From Octopus sinensis (taxonomy: Eukaryota), in contig NW_021825894.1 in assembly GCF_006345805.1 (NCBI RefSeq), positions 1 through 14,158 on the forward strand: a DNA stretch of 14,158 nucleotides. The letters run 5' to 3'. How positions within the stretch are numbered: the stretch's first letter is position 1; each line of letters begins with the position of its first letter. Of the stretch, positions 10,332 to 14,158 are shown one piece after another. Under the pieces are notes generated by a model. It saw nothing but the letters and a program-made list of their open reading frames with translations. It ran no database searches and was not told the origin of the DNA. Both the position numbers and the translations under genes were made by a program.

Positions 10332-10421
10332 GAGTGGAGGAAGCAGTGTTAGGGCAGTCGACGGAAGAGAAGTGCACTGCGAAGTGCATGTGGAGTGGAG
10401 GAAGCAGTGTTAGGGCAGTCT
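10251..10421. repeat. Fold-back / template-switch junction with a tandem duplication and a perfect hairpin
   Basis: 10332-10384 is the exact reverse complement of 10251-10303; 22-nt tandem duplication (10282-10303 / 10304-10325); CACGTG at the apex (10326-10331); 10387-10420 repeats 10326-10359 with one mismatch. Confidence 0.92.
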
Positions 10422-10974
10422 AGAGGTGGACAGTGGAGTGGCACTGGAAGGGAGAGCCCGATGTTAAGAATAAAGTGGGCTGCTATCAGCATACTCTAAA
10501 AGGAGATGCCAGAAGTGAGTTCGAGGGGGAGGTGGAGCGGTGGATTAAGGAGGGCATACTGATCCCCTGGGAAAAAGAAGAGAGCGGAGTCATGCCACTG
10601 ATGGCGGTGATACAGCCCACAAAGCATAAGGTCAGGCCAGTGCTCACTTCCGAGAGAGCTGAATGACCACGTGTCGTGTCATACAGGCGGCGAGGCCACG
10701 GATGTCTGCGGGACACCTTGCGACAGTGGAGGAGACGACGGGGGCCTCCACGATTGTCGATTTGAAGTCGGCATACCTACAGGTGCATGTGGCTGAGAAA
10801 TTATGGAAGTACCAGCTCGTCAGTATAGGGGCCGGACGTACTGTCTGATCAGGTTGGGATTCGGGCTGAATTCAGCGCCGAAGATTATGGCAACAATTCT
10901 CAAGGCCATCCTGGGGAAGGTGGACAGAGTAAAAAGTGCCACCAATTCATACATCGACGACATTCTGGTGGATG
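10422..10974 (+). repeat. Inverted duplicate of the RT segment in copy 2 (partner of 9423-9983)
   Basis: Plus-strand WTVEWHWKGEP...YIDD (10950-10961)ILVD; same end points as 4371-4928. Confidence 0.95.
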
Positions 10975-11569
10975 CCACTTCCGTAGTCATCAGGTCGTTG
11001 TACAGCCCGTGTCCACCAGGGCTCGCGACAGTCCCCTTCACCAGATGTCGACCACAGGTAGCGATGAAAACGCGCCGCTACTAATCCAAAGGGACGACTA
11101 CCGGCGCAGTAGTCTCCCGCGGTCGTTTCTCCGCAGACACTCGCTGGCTACATGCCCTGGCTCTCGACACCGGTAGCAAATCACCTCAGGCTTGGGCGAC
11201 GCGCAGTCGGGGACCATGTGTGGGCCTTGGCACCGGAAACACTGTCCTTTAACGATCGCACGCGTTCTTCCTCAGCCCCTCTCCGTTGCTCCTAGCTGGG
11301 CCACTTTTCGACGTTACAGTCGCTGCTACCGACGTCAACCTGCTGCACGAAACCAGTACACGTGCCCGCGATATGATATCGGCCATCGGCATCGAACGCA
11401 CGCTGGGGAGCTTCTGTAGCTCGACCGACATGATGTCGGGAAAGCCGGTCACGAACGCTAACCAACCGTCCGTTCTAGCGACTCTCCCTCATAACCCGCC
11501 AATTTAGCCAGTCTTCTAAGCTCATTGGCAAACACGTTCCACCTGTTGCCCAGTCCATCTCATTCTCCC
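10975..11569 (-). pseudogene. 5'-truncated gag plus protease N-half of copy 2
   Basis: Intact DTG codons at 11005-11013 (ALVDTGCTT); CCHC knuckle at 11137-11178; gag breaks off at ~11569. Confidence 0.85.
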
Positions 11570-11624
11570 CAAGCCCCACTTCCGCTCTCCCCCATCCGTC
11601 ACACTCCTTCACCCACACACCACA
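11570..11624 (-). repeat. Remnant (outer ~55 bp) of the 5' LTR of copy 2
   Basis: caagccccacttccgctctcccccatccgtcacactccttcacccacacaccaca matches the end of 7261-7521 except for two C-run lengths. Confidence 0.88.
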
Positions 11625-11853
11625 GTGTTGTTATGGTTATGAGCAAAATACATAGCACCACGTGGCTCCGGCAGAAAGTAATGAAATAGTTACTTTCGCT
11701 GATTCTTTCACCACAACTTCCTCTCACACTTTCCTCCTGCATCTAGCAGCTCACATGCAAGGGACCGGTATCCTGTCCAGGTAGGGAACCTATACGCCAA
11801 TGAAAGAGGGAAACCGACCCTCATGAGCCAGGCATGACTCGAGAAGGACAAAA
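11625..11853 (+). mobile_element. SINE family B: body and 3' end, continuation of 7171-7260
   Basis: Begins at the Gypsy TSD and ends gagaaggacaaaa. Degenerate direct repeats at 7146-7169 and 11854-11874 (aatagtg...aagcagaata) bracket head plus body. Continuity with a recalled octopus SINE consensus is from memory. Confidence 0.7.
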
Positions 11854-12566
11854 AATAGTGATATAAGCAGAATATCGAACACCTAATGAAGAATTTATTT
11901 TGCTTTACTATAAAAAAAAATCTCTAAAAAGATCTTCAAACAGTTTAATAGACAGACAATATTTTTTATATTCATTTAAATACTTACCATGTTTATAAGT
12001 ATATTTTCTTGACCACACGAATGATTATAACTTGAGGAAGCAGAATTTCGTTTCCATCATCTTTATTTTTAACGTCACATTCTTTACTTCTCACTATTTA
12101 TAATAAAATATATTATGGAATGTATTGCGAGTGAGGTATATGTTTCTGGTTGGAACCCCAGGTTTCTCTCCTGAAATGGCCTGGTTAACAGTTCATCGGG
12201 TACAGGAATGCTACCGGACACCTTGTCACTATGTTATGCTACCAACCAGCATGTTAGATTGGGTGCTTAAGAACTCAAAGGTGCATAAAACAACCTCACA
12301 CAAACATAAAAACAAGCTGAAGATGTCTGTTACTTCACCCTAGTCTTCAGATGTCTGGGTACGCCCCTGGCGCACACATTCCCTAGCCTCTAATCACCGA
12401 GAAAGGTTGTGAAGAGACTGAAGAGTTTTCAAACCAAATCTCACGAAAAAAAAAAAAAAACGTCAACGATATTGTGACGTCATAAACACAATATGGAAAC
12501 AATTATATTACTTGGATTAGAAAGTAGATAGATGCTTCAATCTCATTCTCTGGTCTGTCTTTCTGT

Positions 12567-12961
12567 CGCGCGCGCGCGCACACACTCACAAACACACACG
12601 CAAATGCACACACACACATACACACAATTATTCAAATTTATTCAATACACACATATGACATGTGTATGCGTTTGTGAGTATGTATGTATGTATGTATGTA
12701 TGTATGTATGTATGTATGTATGTATGTATGTATGTATGTATGTACGTATGCATGCATGTATGGGTATGTATGCATGTATGTATGTAGGTATGGGTGTCTT
12801 TTCATGTATGTATGTATGTATGTGTGTGTATATACATGTATGTATGTATCTATGTGTGTATACATATATAAATATATAATACATATGCATATGTATGCAT
12901 ATATTATTGTTATAGACATACTCATATACGCACATACATGCATACATACATACATACATAC
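12567..12961. repeat. Compound (CG)n(CA)n, (TATG)n and (TACA)n microsatellite
   Basis: Direct reading; long pure TATG run at ~12679-12743. Confidence 0.9.
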
Positions 12962-13278
12962 AGGAATAGGACTTCGTAGTCATAAAACGAGACAGATGAG
13001 TGACAACTGGCCACTGGTGGTGGTGGAACACACATTACTAATTATATCGTCGGAGATCTGGAAGAGAGGTAATTCGGCAGGAGGACTTAAACGACATGCA
13101 AAGGACATGAAGCCCAGTTACAACTACAGACGGTTATTACCGGTAAAGGTTTTAGCTGCCAATTCTGTACAAGACATTGTAGATCTTTAGCTGGGCTAAA
13201 AAGTCACATCGATCACAGCACCAATAACAGTTAAGCTTCGTGCAATGGCCATACGCGATAACGAGGGGGAAGCCATAA
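12962..13278 (+). mobile_element. Probable 3' end of a non-LTR retrotransposon (RTE-like) with a C2H2 zinc finger
   Basis: 13157-13234 translates CQFCTRHCRSLAGLKSHIDHSTNNS* (C-x2-C-x12-H), similar to the C-terminal finger of RTE-type ORF2. Upstream frame is broken; a short 3' tail follows. Confidence 0.5.
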
Positions 13279-13289
13279 TGTATGTTATG

Positions 13290-13321
<32 letters not shown>

Positions 13322-13505
13322 TGTATGTATGTATGTATGTATGTATGTATGCATGCATGCATACACGTATGCATGTATGTTTGTGTGCATACATACATAC
13401 ATACATACACACATACATACATACATACATTACATACATACATACGTACGTACGTACGTACGTACGTACGTACATAGAACATACATAAACACACACACAC
13501 ACACA
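13279..13505. repeat. (TATG)n, (TACA)n, (TACG)n and (CA)n compound microsatellite
   Basis: Direct reading; self-complementary (TACG)n at ~13443-13471. Confidence 0.9.
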
Positions 13506-13732
13506 TTTGTATACGTGCAATTATGTCACGCGAGAATCCTGTTGTTAACCCAGAATCAGTGCAATCCGCTGCATGTTTTTGTCGCCGACAATGAACTTGT
13601 GATTCTACCAGTTTAGTTGTCGGTGAGGAGGGTGAGGTGATTTTCGACACACCGGGCAAGACCATCCCCCACAGAGTCCCCTCCTCCAAGAACTATGAAA
13701 CGGACCAATAGAATCATGGTAATCCAATAATT

Positions 13733-13963
13733 ATTTCTTTACTACCCACAAGGGGCTAAACACAGAGGGGGACAAACAAGGATGACAAAACGGATTAAGT
13801 CGATTATATCGACCCCAGTGCGTAACTGGTACTTAATTTATCGACCCCGAAAGAATGAAAGGCAAAGTCGACTCGGCGGAATTTGAACTCAGAACGCAGC
13901 GGCGGACGAAATACCGCAAGGCATTTTGGCCGGCGTGCTAACGTTCCTGCCAGCTCGCCGCCT
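13733..13963 (-). mobile_element. tRNA-derived SINE, family A, copy 2 (better preserved)
   Basis: Minus strand begins aggcggcgagctggcaggaacg; B-box gagttcaaattcc at 13878-13890; aligns with 6160-6383. Confidence 0.82.
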
Positions 13964-14158
13964 TATGGTAATCAATAATACTGGGGTACTACGCATATGG
14001 GGGTCGGCAAAATATTGCCAGTTGTGTGGTTTCAGATGCATGGCTGAGTGGTAGGCAGAGGAAGAGTTGCTGTTCTCAATATTGAACGAGAATGGTTAAT
14101 TTGGAGAGCTTTTGCTGTTGTGTTCCTTCATTTCATCCACTCATCTTTATCTTCTCAT

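Larger units (their letters stand above)
7261..11624 (-). mobile_element. Ty3/Gypsy-like LTR retrotransposon, copy 2 (same internal inversion; 5' LTR/gag deletion)
   Basis: LTR 7261-7521 and partial LTR 11570-11624; flanks GTGTG (7256-7260) and GTGTT (11625-11629); internal region collinear with copy 1. Confidence 0.92.

Noticed and set aside
10251-10421. Short repeated units resembling a CRISPR-like array
   Set aside because: Repeats are inverted and tandem copies of adjacent protease sequence, with no spacers; eukaryotic context.
1324-11624. Simple tandem segmental duplication or haplotig duplication
   Set aside because: Flanks, TSDs and LTR variants differ between the copies, and the mariner and SINE neighbours are not duplicated. 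Partial collapse of the interior is not excluded.
11980-12090. Strong minus-strand splice donor (ATG|GTAAGT at ~11983-11991) suggesting a host exon
   Set aside because: All three upstream frames contain stops and no clear acceptor was found; a non-coding exon cannot be excluded or supported without RNA data.
12120-12370. Possible DNA-transposon end (caggggcgtacccag on the minus strand)
   Set aside because: No matching second TIR or TSD found in the window.
12475-12482. TGACGTCA (CRE palindrome)
   Set aside because: A single 8-mer with no supported gene or promoter context.

Overview
Eukaryotic, repeat-only window with no host gene I can support. The dense TA/CA/TATG microsatellites and the tRNA-derived SINEs resemble octopus (coleoid cephalopod) DNA; this is from recall, not a search. 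The core is two separate minus-strand Ty3/Gypsy-like LTR retrotransposons: copy 1 at 1324-6118 (TSD TATAC) and copy 2 at 7261-11624 (TSD GTGTG/GTGTT, inserted inside a SINE). Both carry the same internal rearrangement: a ~555-bp inverted duplicate of the RT region inserted into the protease. This breaks gag-pol and would make the element transcript fold into a long dsRNA hairpin. The two copies share both junctions and three arm-specific substitutions, yet differ in flanks, TSDs and LTR variant, and each has a deletion the other lacks. Also present: a mariner transposase 3' remnant with its TIR, two copies of a second SINE, a probable LINE 3' end with a C2H2 finger, a near-perfect 146-bp palindrome at a microsatellite strand switch, and satellite arrays. 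Frequent 1-nt indels suggest noisy long-read consensus, so assembly artefact must be excluded. All coordinates and alignments were done by eye.
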